Notes under the pieces: model-generated
What the model was told of the DNA's origin: nothing
The model's input: the letters and a program-made list of their open reading frames with translations, nothing else
Database searches by the model: none
Shown here: piece by piece, positions 10,853 to 22,023 of the stretch
Position numbering within the stretch: the first letter of the stretch is position 1
Layout: each line of letters opens with the position of its first letter
DNA from: Desulfatiglandales bacterium
Lineage (GTDB): Bacteria > Desulfobacterota > DSM-4660 > Desulfatiglandales > HGW-15
Length of the DNA: 64,000 nt
Assembly: GCA_963667015.2 (NCBI GenBank)
Contig: CAXXJJ010000004.1
Span: 736,001-800,000 of the forward strand
Direction: 5' to 3'
Made by a program: the position numbers and the translations under genes

Positions 10853-11109
10853 AAAACAGATATGAGGCCGATCACCCTGAAGAGCAGAACCATTGTGGTT
10901 CTGCTCTTTTTTTCCTCTCACAGTCTACGCAATTAACACGGAGGAGAAAAAATATTTAAATTCTAAACAATTAGGGACATGCTTTTTTCTGGTTTTAACC
11001 TTAAGCCGTATTCCCCATACCGTAAACCGTTCTTTTATCCATTTGACTATCCAAAGAAAAACATTATATTTGTCCGAAACTTAATTGATTAAAGGAGCAG
11101 ATTATCTCT

Positions 11110-12030
11110 ATGAAACCAGCAGTGAAGGTTTCCGGCCTGTCAAAATCATATGGAAACCTTATCGCCCTTGATAATATTGATTTTACCATTGAGCAGGGAA
11201 GTTTTTTCGGACTTCTTGGCCCGAATGGTGCCGGGAAATCAACACTTATCAATATTATGTCAGGGCTTACAAAGGCATCTGACGGTTATATAGAGGTAAT
11301 GGGCTATAACGTCAGATCCGACTGGAGAAAAACAAGAATGATCCTGGGGGTTGTCCCTCAGGAACTCGCCTATGATCCCTTTTTTACTGTAAGGGAAATG
11401 CTGAGACTCCAGTCCGGTTACTTCGGTCTCAACTCATCTAACTATGACAGGATAGAGGAAATACTCTTCCACCTTGACCTGTCGGACAAGGCAAAGGAGA
11501 ATATAGGAAACCTGTCGGGAGGCATGAAAAGACGCCTTTTAATAGCCCAGGCGCTTGTTCATAAACCTGAAGTGGTTGTACTCGATGAACCAACCGCCGG
11601 AGTGGATGTTGAACTGCGGAGAAGCCTCTGGAAATATTTCAGGAAGCTAAATAAAAAGGGCCAGACTATTATTTTAACTACCCACTATCTTGAAGAGGCA
11701 GAGACCAACTGCGACAGGATAGGCATCCTCAATCACGGAAAACTGAAGACAGTTGAAGAAAAAAACAGGCTGCTCAACAGATACCCCTACAGACTTCTTA
11801 ACCTCAGATTAACAGAAGGAAGCGATAAAAACCTTCCGGAAAAAATTAAAGATAAAATCGTTTCCACTGAAAACGGAGATATCTGTCTCAGGCTCCACAA
11901 GGAGAATGACAAAATAGGCTCTATAATGGAAGAACTGCACGACGCTAACATTAAGATCGTTGACCTGCACACAAAAGAACCGGGTCTGGAGGAAGTATTT
12001 ATGAGTCTTACAGGAAAAGAAAATGATTAA
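11110..12030 (+). CDS. ABC transporter ATP-binding protein (YadG-like)
   Basis: GPNGAGKST, LSGGMKRR, LDEPT, TTHY. Confidence 0.93.
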   Translation: MKPAVKVSGLSKSYGNLIALDNIDFTIEQGSFFGLLGPNGAGKSTLINIMSGLTKASDGYIEVMGYNVRSDWRKTRMILGVVPQELAYDPFFTVREMLRLQSGYFGLNSSNYDRIEEILFHLDLSDKAKENIGNLSGGMKRRLLIAQALVHKPEVVVLDEPTAGVDVELRRSLWKYFRKLNKKGQTIILTTHYLEEAETNCDRIGILNHGKLKTVEEKNRLLNRYPYRLLNLRLTEGSDKNLPEKIKDKIVSTENGDICLRLHKENDKIGSIMEELHDANIKIVDLHTKEPGLEEVFMSLTGKEND

Positions 12031-12787
12031 CTGGGGAGGCGCATTCACACTTTTCCGAAAAGAGCTGTGGCGATTTCTGAAGGTTTCCATACAGACAATC
12101 CTCACACCTGTAGTAACTGTTCTGCTCTATCTGCTTGTCTTTTCATCGGTGCTGTCGGACAGGCTGGAGGTTTATAAAGGGATACATTATGTAAAATTCC
12201 TCATCCCAGGGCTTATTGTAATGGCAATGCTCCAGAATGCCTTTGCTAACAGTTCATCAAGTTTATTCCAGTCAAAGATGAACAGGAACATCGTATTTAT
12301 GCTTCTGGCGCCTCTTTCAAACCTGGAGATATATACATCCTATGTCATGGCCTGTGTGGTAAGGGGACTGCTTGTAGGGGCAGGAGTATGGATTACGTCG
12401 TTTTTCTTTGAAACAATATGGATACACAATATAGCACTGGTGCTTGTTTTTGGCTTTCTAGGATGCGGAATACTGGGCGCTCTGGGGCTCCTGGGAGCTG
12501 TCTGCTCTGAAAAATGGGATCATATTGCAGCCTTTCAGAATTTTGTAATTCTTCCCCTCTCCTTTTTGAGCGGGGTATTCTTTTCAATTCACACCCTTCC
12601 CCCCTTCTGGGAAAAGGTATCCTATTATAATCCCTTCTTTTATATGGTGGATGGTTTCAGATATGGCTTTCTCGGTGTATCGGATACCGACCCGGTACAC
12701 AGCCTTATAGTCACATCTTTATTTTTTATTTTTGTAAGTGTTGTCGGCCTCTTTATCCTGCGAAGCGGCTACAAGATCCGTGAATAG
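12023..12787 (+). CDS. ABC-2 type permease (YadH-like)
   Basis: About 6 TM; LSGVFFSI and NPFFYMVDGFRY; overlaps the ATPase gene. Confidence 0.9.
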   Translation: MINWGGAFTLFRKELWRFLKVSIQTILTPVVTVLLYLLVFSSVLSDRLEVYKGIHYVKFLIPGLIVMAMLQNAFANSSSSLFQSKMNRNIVFMLLAPLSNLEIYTSYVMACVVRGLLVGAGVWITSFFFETIWIHNIALVLVFGFLGCGILGALGLLGAVCSEKWDHIAAFQNFVILPLSFLSGVFFSIHTLPPFWEKVSYYNPFFYMVDGFRYGFLGVSDTDPVHSLIVTSLFFIFVSVVGLFILRSGYKIRE

Positions 12788-12818
12788 GTCCGGCCTGACA
12801 ACTTTTTATAACACAAGA

Positions 12819-13232
12819 CTATTCTGTTTTTTGTACATACCTGTCAGTCAAAACAGCGTTGATAAATGTAATAGGCTTATTGACCTTTGTAAACCTTAAC
12901 GGGCAATGGATCATTCCTTTGGGAATATGAACAACAGTGGTTTCGGTTATTATGTGTTTTTCGCGTTCTTCACCTAAAAACAATTCCACCTCGGCATCAA
13001 ACTCCCTGTAATTGCTTCCTGTACCTACAAAACATAAATACTGCTCAAAATCATGGGCGTGAGGTTCTTCCGGTATTTCAAAAGGCTCGGTAACATAAGA
13101 TAATCTGATACCAAAATTTCCATACCCGAAATTTTTCTGGCTGTTAAATTTTACGCGGGGAAGAAAAGGGGCAATTTCTCCATCTCTGACAACTTCCTTA
13201 GTGAAATACTTTCCATACCTGGATTCTGACAT
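12819..13232 (-). CDS. Cupin-fold hypothetical protein
   Basis: PHAHDFEQ...HIPKGMIHCP cupin-like His motifs; AGGAGG RBS. Confidence 0.7.
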   Translation of the reverse strand: MSESRYGKYFTKEVVRDGEIAPFLPRVKFNSQKNFGYGNFGIRLSYVTEPFEIPEEPHAHDFEQYLCFVGTGSNYREFDAEVELFLGEEREKHIITETTVVHIPKGMIHCPLRFTKVNKPITFINAVLTDRYVQKTE

Positions 13233-13376
13233 GTAAAACACCTCCTGTATTGAGAATTATCTTCCAGTCAAATATTTTAAAAGCTTGCATTAAGATTTAA
13301 TCTTATGGCAAATTATTCGCAAAAAATCAAACTCGAGCTTTAGTTCGTTAGAAAAGAAGGTTGGATTTCATAAAAA

Positions 13377-14180
13377 ATGGATATCAAGACAGCATTACAG
13401 CAACTCACAACCTGGTTTGAAGAATATGTTAAGGGATTTGCATCGGATGATCCGGATGCTCGAGAAAACATCGAGTTAAAGAAAAACCACACAATCCGCG
13501 TGAGGGATGCCATCCTGGATATAGGTAACAGTATTGATCTTAATGAAGAGGAGATATCTCTTGCTGAAGCATGTGCGCTTCTCCATGACATTGGAAGATT
13601 TGAACAATTCAGGAGATATGGCACTTTTTCAGACTCAAAATCAGAAAACCATGCAGCTCTTGGAGTAAGGATAATCAGAGAGCATGATGTGTTAAAAGAC
13701 TTCCCGCGTTCAGCCGGAGAGATCATCATTCGTTCGGTGGGCTGTCATAACATGTCTTCTATTCCTGAAAAAAACAACAGGTACTGGATCAGGTTTCTTA
13801 AGCTTGTAAGAGATGCAGATAAGATTGATATTTTATATGTTGTAACGGAATATTACAAAAACTCTCCCAGCGGCAGTAATAAAGCACTGGAACTGCATCT
13901 GCCTGATACGGATGTCATCTCTGATGCCGTATACTCCCCACTGGCAAAAGGTCAAATTGCACTTATAAAAGATCTTTTCTCCTTAAACGATTTCAAGCTA
14001 TATCAGATGGGGTGGGTCTATGACCTGAATTTCCTGAGGAGCCTTCAAATTATAAAGGAAAAAGGCTACCTTGAAATGATCAGGAATGCACTGCCTGCAG
14101 CTTCCCAAAAAGCTGAAAATATATATCAAATTACCAGCGCCTATCTTGAAAAGAAGTCACAGTATTACCCACTTATATAA
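13377..14180 (+). CDS. HD-domain phosphohydrolase
   Basis: H...LLHDIGRF...H...H...VRDADKID. Confidence 0.88.
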   Translation: MDIKTALQQLTTWFEEYVKGFASDDPDARENIELKKNHTIRVRDAILDIGNSIDLNEEEISLAEACALLHDIGRFEQFRRYGTFSDSKSENHAALGVRIIREHDVLKDFPRSAGEIIIRSVGCHNMSSIPEKNNRYWIRFLKLVRDADKIDILYVVTEYYKNSPSGSNKALELHLPDTDVISDAVYSPLAKGQIALIKDLFSLNDFKLYQMGWVYDLNFLRSLQIIKEKGYLEMIRNALPAASQKAENIYQITSAYLEKKSQYYPLI

Positions 14181-14318
14181 TTTTATCAAGATTTCACTTA
14201 AGATATTTAACTGAAAAACCGATAAGATTACTTGTTACGGTCTTGTACCGAATAATCATTTCCTTGAAAATTAAAAAAAAATAAAAAAACATTTAACCCT
14301 GGAAATAATTCTTATTTC

Positions 14319-16487
14319 ATGTTGCGACGGAATGAATCTAAGAATCTCTGGCGAAAAGAATTTATTGTGAAAGAATATAATCATAGAAAAAACTGGCTCC
14401 ATTACAGACTTATCTTTATTGAATCGCTGATATTCCTGCTCCCGGCAGTCACAGTCATTTACCTCTTTTACAATAAGAAAGTTATCCTTGAAATGTCGCA
14501 TATGTTTATTGTCTCTGCCATACTGATCCTGATCCTTGCAGGTTTTATAACTCTTCGTCATATCTTCGAAAAATTCCATCAGATTATAGATGTTATATCC
14601 GCTTCAAAATCTTTTAATCTCAACAATATGGAGAAACAGGAAAATCCCGAAAATAAACTACGTTTGATTACACGAGATTTAAAATCCCTGATGGAAGATT
14701 TTGAAGTAAAAACAGCCGTGTTAAATGAAAAGACCAATGAGCTTTACATTATAAAAGACATTATTAAATTATTGAGCAAAAATAATACGCTTAACAATCT
14801 CCCGGATATTCTCCTTGAAAAGGCTATGTCCCTTACCGGAACAAAGAAGGGGGTGATCCTGTTTTCAAGTTCAACAGGCAAAAAGATCCGTGTTGTTGCC
14901 CAAAATGGCCTGGAACACTCCGAGCAACAAGATTATTTTATAAACAGCCTTAAATCCAAAATACCTGAAATATTCTCTAAAAAAGAATATCTGGTTGTCG
15001 ACATCAGGGAAGATAATGATATTTCTAATTCCGACCTGAATAATATTCCAACATCAATGATTTACCTGCCGTTTCTGATAAGACAAAATATCCTTGGGAT
15101 AATTGTCCTCGCACATGTTGACAATGATAAAAACTTTACTGAAAACACTATTGAAACCCTTGATATACTGGTTGATGAAACAGGCTTTGCATTTGATAAA
15201 ATAAGAATGAAAAAAGAGTTAAAGAAAAAGATCAGAGAGTTAAACTCAAGGGCAAACGAAATTGAAGAGACCAATAGAAGTCTGCAAAATGAAATCAAAA
15301 TCAGAAAATTTGTTGAAGATGAAAAAGACAAACTTCAGTCTCAGCTCCATGTTGCTCAAAAACTTGAGGCTCTCGGAACCCTTGCCGGTGGTATAGCACA
15401 TAATTTTAATAATCTACTAATGGGTATTCAGGGTAATGCGACCCTTATACACCTTGGCCTGGACAATAAAAACCCCATTTCAAAAAGGGCCCAGAACATT
15501 GAAAAACTCGTTCAGAGCGGCTCTAAACTTACATCTCAACTGCTTGGTTATGCAAGAAAAGGTCAACTGGAAATGACACCTATCGACCTTAACTGCCTTA
15601 TTAATGATATTTGCGAGACATTTGCCAATACAAAAAAGGGAGTTATAATCCACAAGAATCTTTCTGATGACTTGTATAGAACCATGGCTGACGCAAACCA
15701 GATTGAACAGGTTTTATTGAACCTGTTTGTAAATGCAGCGGATGCCATGGCAGATTCCGGCCGTATGTTCATCAGCTCACGAAATTGCAACTCGGAAGAT
15801 TTTAAGGATAAGCCATATATTCCCAGGCCCAATCTGGACTACATACTTCTCTCTGTAACTGATACAGGAGAGGGTATGGACAAAGATATTGTGGAAAAGG
15901 TATTTGAACCTTTTTTCTCAACCAAAGAACCTGGAAAGGGTACTGGACTGGGACTTGCCTCATGCTATGGAATTATTAAGGGCCATGGAGGATTTATTGA
16001 CGTTGATTCGGAACCTGGTAAGGGATCGACTTTCATGATCTATCTACCGGCATCCAATAAAAAATCAACAGATGGCCACGAAGAAGAGAAAAATATCAGG
16101 AGAGGAAACGGAAAAATCCTCGTTATTGATGATGAAGAGTTGATACTGGAAGTATCGGTAGTGATGGCGAGAGAACTCGGGTATTCAGTAATTGATGCAA
16201 AAAACGGGAAGGAAGCTGTTGAAAAATATAAGAAATTCAAGGATGACATTGATATGGTTATACTTGATATGGTTATGCCTGATCAATCAGGGGAAGAGGT
16301 TTTTGCTCTCTTAAAAGAGATAAATCCCGATGTAAGAGTCCTTCTGGCCAGCGGTTACACATTTAATAACAGGGTAAAAAGCCTTATGGAGCGGGGATGT
16401 ATCGGCTTTCTAAAAAAACCTTACAGTATTGAAGAGCTTTCAAACAGACTCATCAGATTAAATCCCGCGCCCCACAATCAGAATTAA
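14319..16487 (+). CDS. Hybrid sensor histidine kinase (GAF, HisKA, HATPase, receiver)
   Basis: AHNFNNLL, NLFVNAADAM, DTGEGM, GKGTGLGL; receiver LDMVMP; start codon uncertain. Confidence 0.92.
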   Translation: MLRRNESKNLWRKEFIVKEYNHRKNWLHYRLIFIESLIFLLPAVTVIYLFYNKKVILEMSHMFIVSAILILILAGFITLRHIFEKFHQIIDVISASKSFNLNNMEKQENPENKLRLITRDLKSLMEDFEVKTAVLNEKTNELYIIKDIIKLLSKNNTLNNLPDILLEKAMSLTGTKKGVILFSSSTGKKIRVVAQNGLEHSEQQDYFINSLKSKIPEIFSKKEYLVVDIREDNDISNSDLNNIPTSMIYLPFLIRQNILGIIVLAHVDNDKNFTENTIETLDILVDETGFAFDKIRMKKELKKKIRELNSRANEIEETNRSLQNEIKIRKFVEDEKDKLQSQLHVAQKLEALGTLAGGIAHNFNNLLMGIQGNATLIHLGLDNKNPISKRAQNIEKLVQSGSKLTSQLLGYARKGQLEMTPIDLNCLINDICETFANTKKGVIIHKNLSDDLYRTMADANQIEQVLLNLFVNAADAMADSGRMFISSRNCNSEDFKDKPYIPRPNLDYILLSVTDTGEGMDKDIVEKVFEPFFSTKEPGKGTGLGLASCYGIIKGHGGFIDVDSEPGKGSTFMIYLPASNKKSTDGHEEEKNIRRGNGKILVIDDEELILEVSVVMARELGYSVIDAKNGKEAVEKYKKFKDDIDMVILDMVMPDQSGEEVFALLKEINPDVRVLLASGYTFNNRVKSLMERGCIGFLKKPYSIEELSNRLIRLNPAPHNQN

Positions 16488-16500
16488 ATTTCTCCCTTAC

Positions 16501-17982
16501 CTACAGCTGGACAGGCATTCCCATCAAAGGCCACAAAACATAAACAGAAAATGCAATAACAATCATTAATATGATGCTTGCAGGAACTCCGTACTTAAAA
16601 AATTCACCAATGGTAAACTGTCCCGAATCATAGGCAATCGCATTTGGTGCTGCCCCTACGAGCAGCAGGAAGGGCATTCCTGCTGCGACAAGTGCTGCAA
16701 ACAGTATAACTTCATGGGCTACACCCATATATCTAGCTGTAACCAGTGCAACCGGCAGAACAATAGATATTGCAGCTACATTCATGATAAAGTTGGTCAT
16801 AATAAGAATCAGAAAAGCAATGCTTAAAACAAATACAAACCAGTGTGCACCTTTAAAAAATGCCATGTAGTTTACAGCCATCCATTCGGCCGCACCTGTC
16901 TCCCAGAGGCAGAAACCAATACTCATTGCACCTGCGAAAAGTAAAATAATATTCCATGGAATATCCTGTAGATCCTTTGTATCCAGAATACCGGTTACAA
17001 AAAATAGAATTGTTGAGATCAATATCACAGCGGTTTTATTAGGCGGAACAAAACCGGGAATTGTAGATTTAAGCACGGCAGAAACACCAAGAACAATAAT
17101 TGCTGCACCCACTATTAAGGCTGCTAAAATTTCTTTATTTGTAATACGGCCGAGTTCTTCACTTAGCTGCTTTGCCCTCTTCTTAAGACCGGGAATAGTC
17201 TTTTTTTCCGGTTTAAGAAAGATCATAAAATATCCCCACAAAAGGAATGTCATCAGCCATCCAACAGGAAACATATAATATGACAGCTCAAAAAAACCAA
17301 TGCTTTTTCCGGCAATTTCATTATAAAATCCCAGGGCTACAGCCCCTCTTGCTGCACCCAGCAGGGTAATAATACTTCCGGCGCCAGCCACGTATGCCAT
17401 TCCTATGAATAATCCCTTACCGAATTTGGTGGGTTTGTCACTCTCATCGTACATGGAATATATAGCTAAAAGAAGAGGATAAATAGTTGCTGCAACGGCA
17501 GTATGTGCCATTATATGAGTAAGCGCTGCCGTAAGGACAAAACAGCCAAGGTAAATCATGCTTGTCTTTTCGCCCACAATACCAAGCATTTTAAAGGCGA
17601 TTCGCCTTGTAAGCCCTGTTTTTGTAAAAACAATACCAATTACAAGAGAACCATAAATAAAGAGGACACTGGGGTCCATAAAATCGGTAAAGGCTTTGTC
17701 TGCAGGTCTGATGAAAAACAGTACCTGCAGGACTCCAATCGCAAGGCTGGTTACGCCAATGGGTACAACTTCAGATACCCACCATGTAGCAGCCAGCAGG
17801 AAAATACCTATGGCTCCCTTACCTGCTGCACTCAGAACAAATGCTTTTCCGTCAGGATCAATTGCATCGGGCCACATGGGAGACCAGTAAATGGCAGAAA
17901 AAAGAGCAACCCCTAATAAAAGAAAAAAAACACGACTCCAGTTAATATTTTTATCTGATGTATTTACAGTTGCAGAAGTCAC
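16501..17982 (-). CDS. SLC13/DASS family anion transporter
   Basis: Polytopic membrane protein; IPWNIILLFAG and GAAPNAIAY. Confidence 0.85.
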   Translation of the reverse strand: MTSATVNTSDKNINWSRVFFLLLGVALFSAIYWSPMWPDAIDPDGKAFVLSAAGKGAIGIFLLAATWWVSEVVPIGVTSLAIGVLQVLFFIRPADKAFTDFMDPSVLFIYGSLVIGIVFTKTGLTRRIAFKMLGIVGEKTSMIYLGCFVLTAALTHIMAHTAVAATIYPLLLAIYSMYDESDKPTKFGKGLFIGMAYVAGAGSIITLLGAARGAVALGFYNEIAGKSIGFFELSYYMFPVGWLMTFLLWGYFMIFLKPEKKTIPGLKKRAKQLSEELGRITNKEILAALIVGAAIIVLGVSAVLKSTIPGFVPPNKTAVILISTILFFVTGILDTKDLQDIPWNIILLFAGAMSIGFCLWETGAAEWMAVNYMAFFKGAHWFVFVLSIAFLILIMTNFIMNVAAISIVLPVALVTARYMGVAHEVILFAALVAAGMPFLLLVGAAPNAIAYDSGQFTIGEFFKYGVPASIILMIVIAFSVYVLWPLMGMPVQL

Positions 17983-18271
17983 TTTATCACCTTTTCATGT
18001 TTAGTAATTGGCTTCACCTTCATGATTTTCAACTATAGAAGTATCATAATACTCATAGTGCACACCGGTATTTTCAATAAAAACAAACCTGACCGGGAAT
18101 TTAATCCCGTCAGATTTACCATGTTTTATTTATAAAATAAATACTTTTCGGTATCATCCGGATCAAAAAAGCATACAGACTATTTCTTGCCATTTCATGA
18201 AGAGTTATGATAGATAGTTACAATCTTTTCAGTGTCTTAGGGGCTTAATTTCAAATTCAAAGGAGATTTTT

Positions 18272-18988
18272 ATGGACCAGCCGTTATACTCGATTGATAA
18301 AAAAATATTCGATCTGTTCCCCGGATACTGCAGAGGAGTAGTTCTTGCCTTTGATATTAATAACGATAATTCACCTCCCGGGTTAACTGCCATGCTAAGA
18401 GAGGCTGAAGCCGCGCTTCGAGATAAAATAGACAAGGATGAAATAGCGGCTCATCCCAGAATAAACTCATGGAGAGAAGCTTACAGGGCCTTTGGAGCTA
18501 AACCAGCGAAGTACCGATCGTCTATCGAGGCGATGATAAGAAGAGTCATAAATGGTAACGAATTGCCAAATATAAACACTGTTGTGGATATAGGGAATAT
18601 TATTTCTCTTAAAAATATTATCACGGCAGGTGGACATGCCATTGATGTGGTGTCAGGCAATATATCACTCCGAGAAGCAACAGGAGAAGAAGAGTTTACA
18701 GCCTTTGGAGCCGATAAGATAGAGAATCCTGAACCGGGAGAGATTATATTTACTGAAGGCAGTACTGTCCTCACCAGGCGCTGGAGCTGGCGACAGTCAA
18801 ATCATACATCTACTCAAAAATCAACCACAGCGATTGAAATGAATATCGACGGTCTCCCGCCGGTCACAAGGGACGAAGTTAATAAAATCTGCCAGGAGGT
18901 CATGGAACTGATTCATAAATACTGCGGAGGCAAACTGAGGTATGAGATACTCAGTAAAGATCATCCCGAAATGGAACTATCCAGGTAG
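18272..18988 (+). CDS. Stand-alone B3/B4 domain protein (tRNA trans-editing family)
   Basis: WREAYRAFG, YRSSIEAMIRR, INTVVDIGN, RRWSWRQS. Confidence 0.85.
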   Translation: MDQPLYSIDKKIFDLFPGYCRGVVLAFDINNDNSPPGLTAMLREAEAALRDKIDKDEIAAHPRINSWREAYRAFGAKPAKYRSSIEAMIRRVINGNELPNINTVVDIGNIISLKNIITAGGHAIDVVSGNISLREATGEEEFTAFGADKIENPEPGEIIFTEGSTVLTRRWSWRQSNHTSTQKSTTAIEMNIDGLPPVTRDEVNKICQEVMELIHKYCGGKLRYEILSKDHPEMELSR

Positions 18989-18991
18989 ATC

Positions 18992-19020
18992 GTAGAGACG
19001 GATTTAAAACCCGTCTCTGC
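18992..19020 (+). repeat. GTAG-type REP-like palindrome or bidirectional terminator between convergent genes
   Basis: GTAGAGACGG-atttaaaac-CCGTCTCTGC. Confidence 0.55.
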
Positions 19021-20028
19021 CTAGATTGCTCTATATATAACCGGAGGTCCTTCATTTATTATCTCAGCACGGCCAAGGTCAACAAGTACCTCAAGGTGAG
19101 AAACTATCTCCGAAATGGCGATAAATAGATACCCTGCCTCTACATTTGGAAAGACATCCCTTATCAGATGATAAACGGGCATTTCCTTTTCCTTAACCGC
19201 ATTCCATACATATTCCATACGTTCAGAGAAATTCTGCCTGTAATGCTTGATGACCGGGTGCATATCTTCAATCCACTCACCATGCCCTGGAAACATATAA
19301 TCTATATCCAGTTTTAAAACCCTTTCGAGTGAATTCTCATAAGCCGCCAAACCTTTGAAATCCTTATCTAATAATATATTTCTATTGAAAGCCAGAATGG
19401 GTTTGGGTGTTAATTTTTTTATAATATGATCGCTGCTGAACAGAACCTTCTGTTGAGGCTCATAAAGGCAGCATAGGCCTGGATCATGCCCCGGGCAATA
19501 TACTACCTGAAGGGTATATCCATCTCCATGGAAAAGATCATTATCCTCCATTGTTTTCAGACCATCAATGGGTTCAGCAATGCTGTAATATTGCCTGATA
19601 CTTTTTATCATTATTTTAAAATCATCTTCCGGAATATCGGTCAAGGCCTGAAGCATTCTAAGCTCATCTACCCAAACTTCGTTTTCTAAAAATTCGGTTG
19701 ACACTCTCCACTGGTCTTCAGGATGAATGAATATCTCAACTGGATGATCCAGTTCCTTTTTTATGGATGCAGCAAGACCAAAGTGATCCATATGTCCATG
19801 TGTCAATATAATCCTGTTGATATTGCTAAATCTCAATCCCTCTTCAGCAAATGAATCTTTGATGAATTCAAGCACTCCTGGAATACCTGGACCGGCATCA
19901 ATAAGGGTTATCTCATCCCTGCCGAGTGCATAAATATTGGCTGTAAGCAGGTAAGGAACTTCGTTAAAGGGAATTGGAACAGGTGTAATATTCTTTAATT
20001 TAGGAAACGGTTTTATAATTTCTATCAT
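19021..20028 (-). CDS. MBL-fold metallo-hydrolase
   Basis: LIDAG, THGHMDH, PGH, SDH, PGHG. Confidence 0.9.
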   Translation of the reverse strand: MIEIIKPFPKLKNITPVPIPFNEVPYLLTANIYALGRDEITLIDAGPGIPGVLEFIKDSFAEEGLRFSNINRIILTHGHMDHFGLAASIKKELDHPVEIFIHPEDQWRVSTEFLENEVWVDELRMLQALTDIPEDDFKIMIKSIRQYYSIAEPIDGLKTMEDNDLFHGDGYTLQVVYCPGHDPGLCCLYEPQQKVLFSSDHIIKKLTPKPILAFNRNILLDKDFKGLAAYENSLERVLKLDIDYMFPGHGEWIEDMHPVIKHYRQNFSERMEYVWNAVKEKEMPVYHLIRDVFPNVEAGYLFIAISEIVSHLEVLVDLGRAEIINEGPPVIYRAI

Positions 20029-20077
20029 AATAATAAAAAACTGCAAAATTCAGGGGTTATACTCTTAACTTTTACAA

Positions 20078-20350
20078 TTAGCCTCCTGCAAGTGTATGAA
20101 TAAGGTGTAATTTATCTCCATCCTTTACCTTTTTTTTCAGGGCATCAGGGTATGCACTTGATGAATTCAGATATATTTCAACAAGAGGGTGCAGCCTGTC
20201 CTCTCCTGAAAAAATAGCCTTTTCAAGCTCAGGATACATATGGGTCATATGGTGAAGGCACTCGTTTATTGTTGTTCCTTCAACCTTAATTGTTTCTTCA
20301 TTGTTGCAATATTGCTGATAGACCTTGTTCAGATATACAAATATACTCAA
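20078..20350 (-). CDS. MoaD/ThiS family sulfur carrier protein
   Basis: 90 aa ending LAGG; adjacent to a ThiF/MoeB gene. Confidence 0.85.
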   Translation of the reverse strand: MSIFVYLNKVYQQYCNNEETIKVEGTTINECLHHMTHMYPELEKAIFSGEDRLHPLVEIYLNSSSAYPDALKKKVKDGDKLHLIHTLAGG

Positions 20351-20377
20351 CCTGAAGACCTCACTGATATAATTTCA

Positions 20378-21109
20378 TCAAATACTGCTGCACTCAGTGC
20401 ATTCGGGATTTCTGTTCAAGTGAAACTCTTTAAAACCGAGTTCCATGCCGTCATAAATCAACAGCCTGTTCTCCAGAAGTTTCCCCATCCCGGTAAGATA
20501 TTTAATTACTTCTGTTGCCTGTATCAGGCCTATTATACCGGGAGTTACACCCAGCACAGGAAATTTTGATAATTTGACATCCAGCCTGTAGATGCAACCT
20601 ATGCATGCTGTTTTTCCGGGAATTATTGTCGTTGCCCTTCCCTCCATGCCATTGACAGCACCGTGAAAAAGGGGAATTTTCCAATTTATTGCTGCTTTGT
20701 TCAAGATAAATCTTGCAGCAATATTATCCATTGCATCAACGATTGCATCACAACCTTCTGTTAAATCTATTATATTCTCTTTGGTAAGTGTCTCGTATAC
20801 GGTTTCAATATTTATAAAGTTATTGAGCAAAGAAATCTTTTCTCCGGCTGATTCTACTTTTTTTTTACCCACATCTTTTCGCCAGTGGAGAACCTGCCTG
20901 TTGAGATTACTCTCTTCAACAGTATCATTATCGGCAATAATAATCGTGCCAACTCCTGCTGCAGCAAGATAAAGTGTTACAGGGGATCCGAGTCCTCCTG
21001 CGCCTGCAATAATGACCTTTGATTTTTTTAGCTTTTCCTGCCCTTCCATGCCAATCTCGGGAATCATTATCTGCCTGTCATATACCTGAATTTCGTCTTT
21101 TGAAAGCAT
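20378..21109 (-). CDS. ThiF/MoeB family adenylyltransferase
   Basis: GAGGLGS, SNLNRQ, two CxxC motifs. Confidence 0.92.
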   Translation of the reverse strand: MLSKDEIQVYDRQIMIPEIGMEGQEKLKKSKVIIAGAGGLGSPVTLYLAAAGVGTIIIADNDTVEESNLNRQVLHWRKDVGKKKVESAGEKISLLNNFINIETVYETLTKENIIDLTEGCDAIVDAMDNIAARFILNKAAINWKIPLFHGAVNGMEGRATTIIPGKTACIGCIYRLDVKLSKFPVLGVTPGIIGLIQATEVIKYLTGMGKLLENRLLIYDGMELGFKEFHLNRNPECTECSSI

Positions 21110-21133
21110 ATTTACTTCCTTTACAGAGAATAA

Positions 21134-21874
21134 TCAGTCCTTTATGGGTTTTGAACCCCAGTGAACAGAAATATTGCCAAACATGAAAGATTTGTAATTA
21201 ACATCCTTTAAACCTGCCGCTGCGAGAGTTCTGCCCAATACTTTAGGTTCAAGAAATCCGATAGTTGTTTCAGGCAGATATCTATAGGCATTTTTTTCTC
21301 CGGCGATGAGGAGCCCCATAAACGGGATAACGAATTTGTAATACAAAAGGATTAAGGGTTTGAGCATGTTGTCAGGGACCGGACTTGTATCAAGACATAC
21401 AACCCTCCCCCCTGGTTTGAGTACCCTTACCTGCTCTTTAAACATAGCTGCTATATCAGGGACATTTCTTGCCAGAAAACCGGATGTGACAGCATCAAAA
21501 GTCGAATCAGGAAACGGCAGGTTTTGAGCATCTGCCTGGCACCAGTCAATTACTTTGCCACCTGTCCTCTCCTTTCCGACCGACATCATTTCATATGTTA
21601 AGTCAGCAGCGGTGATTTTTACAGATGGATTATTATTTAATATCTCAAGGGCAATATCACCTGTTCCGGCTCCTGCATCAAGGACTCTGCCTCCGTCCGG
21701 AATTTCAGCCATTCTTATCAGGTACTTCCGCCAGATCAGATCAAATCCAAAGGACATTAACCTGTTTAGAAGGTCATATTTTTTCGAGATACGGCCGAAC
21801 ATGCACCTTACTTTATTCGGCTGTTTATCTATTTCTTTTAAAGTTTCTTTTGTCATACTTTCTAATGAAGTCAA
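21134..21874 (-). CDS. ubiE: UbiE/MenG family methyltransferase
   Basis: YDLLNRLMSFG, LDAGAGTGD, VLKPGGR, AYRYLPET. Confidence 0.85.
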   Translation of the reverse strand: MTSLESMTKETLKEIDKQPNKVRCMFGRISKKYDLLNRLMSFGFDLIWRKYLIRMAEIPDGGRVLDAGAGTGDIALEILNNNPSVKITAADLTYEMMSVGKERTGGKVIDWCQADAQNLPFPDSTFDAVTSGFLARNVPDIAAMFKEQVRVLKPGGRVVCLDTSPVPDNMLKPLILLYYKFVIPFMGLLIAGEKNAYRYLPETTIGFLEPKVLGRTLAAAGLKDVNYKSFMFGNISVHWGSKPIKD

Positions 21875-21962
21875 AGGAGATATTTCACAGCATGAATCTA
21901 TATTTTATCGAAGGAAGGTTATTTCAAAATCATAATTTTATCAATAAAAGGATTGAATAAAA

Positions 21963-21992
21963 AAACCCTTCCTGAAATATCAGGAAGGGTTT
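21963..21992 (-). terminator. Intrinsic terminator of second outer-membrane gene
   Basis: aaacccttcctga/tcaggaagggttt hairpin followed by a U-run on the minus strand. Confidence 0.75.
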
Positions 21993-22023
21993 CAAGATTG
22001 AGCTTATACTTAAACTGTCTTAT

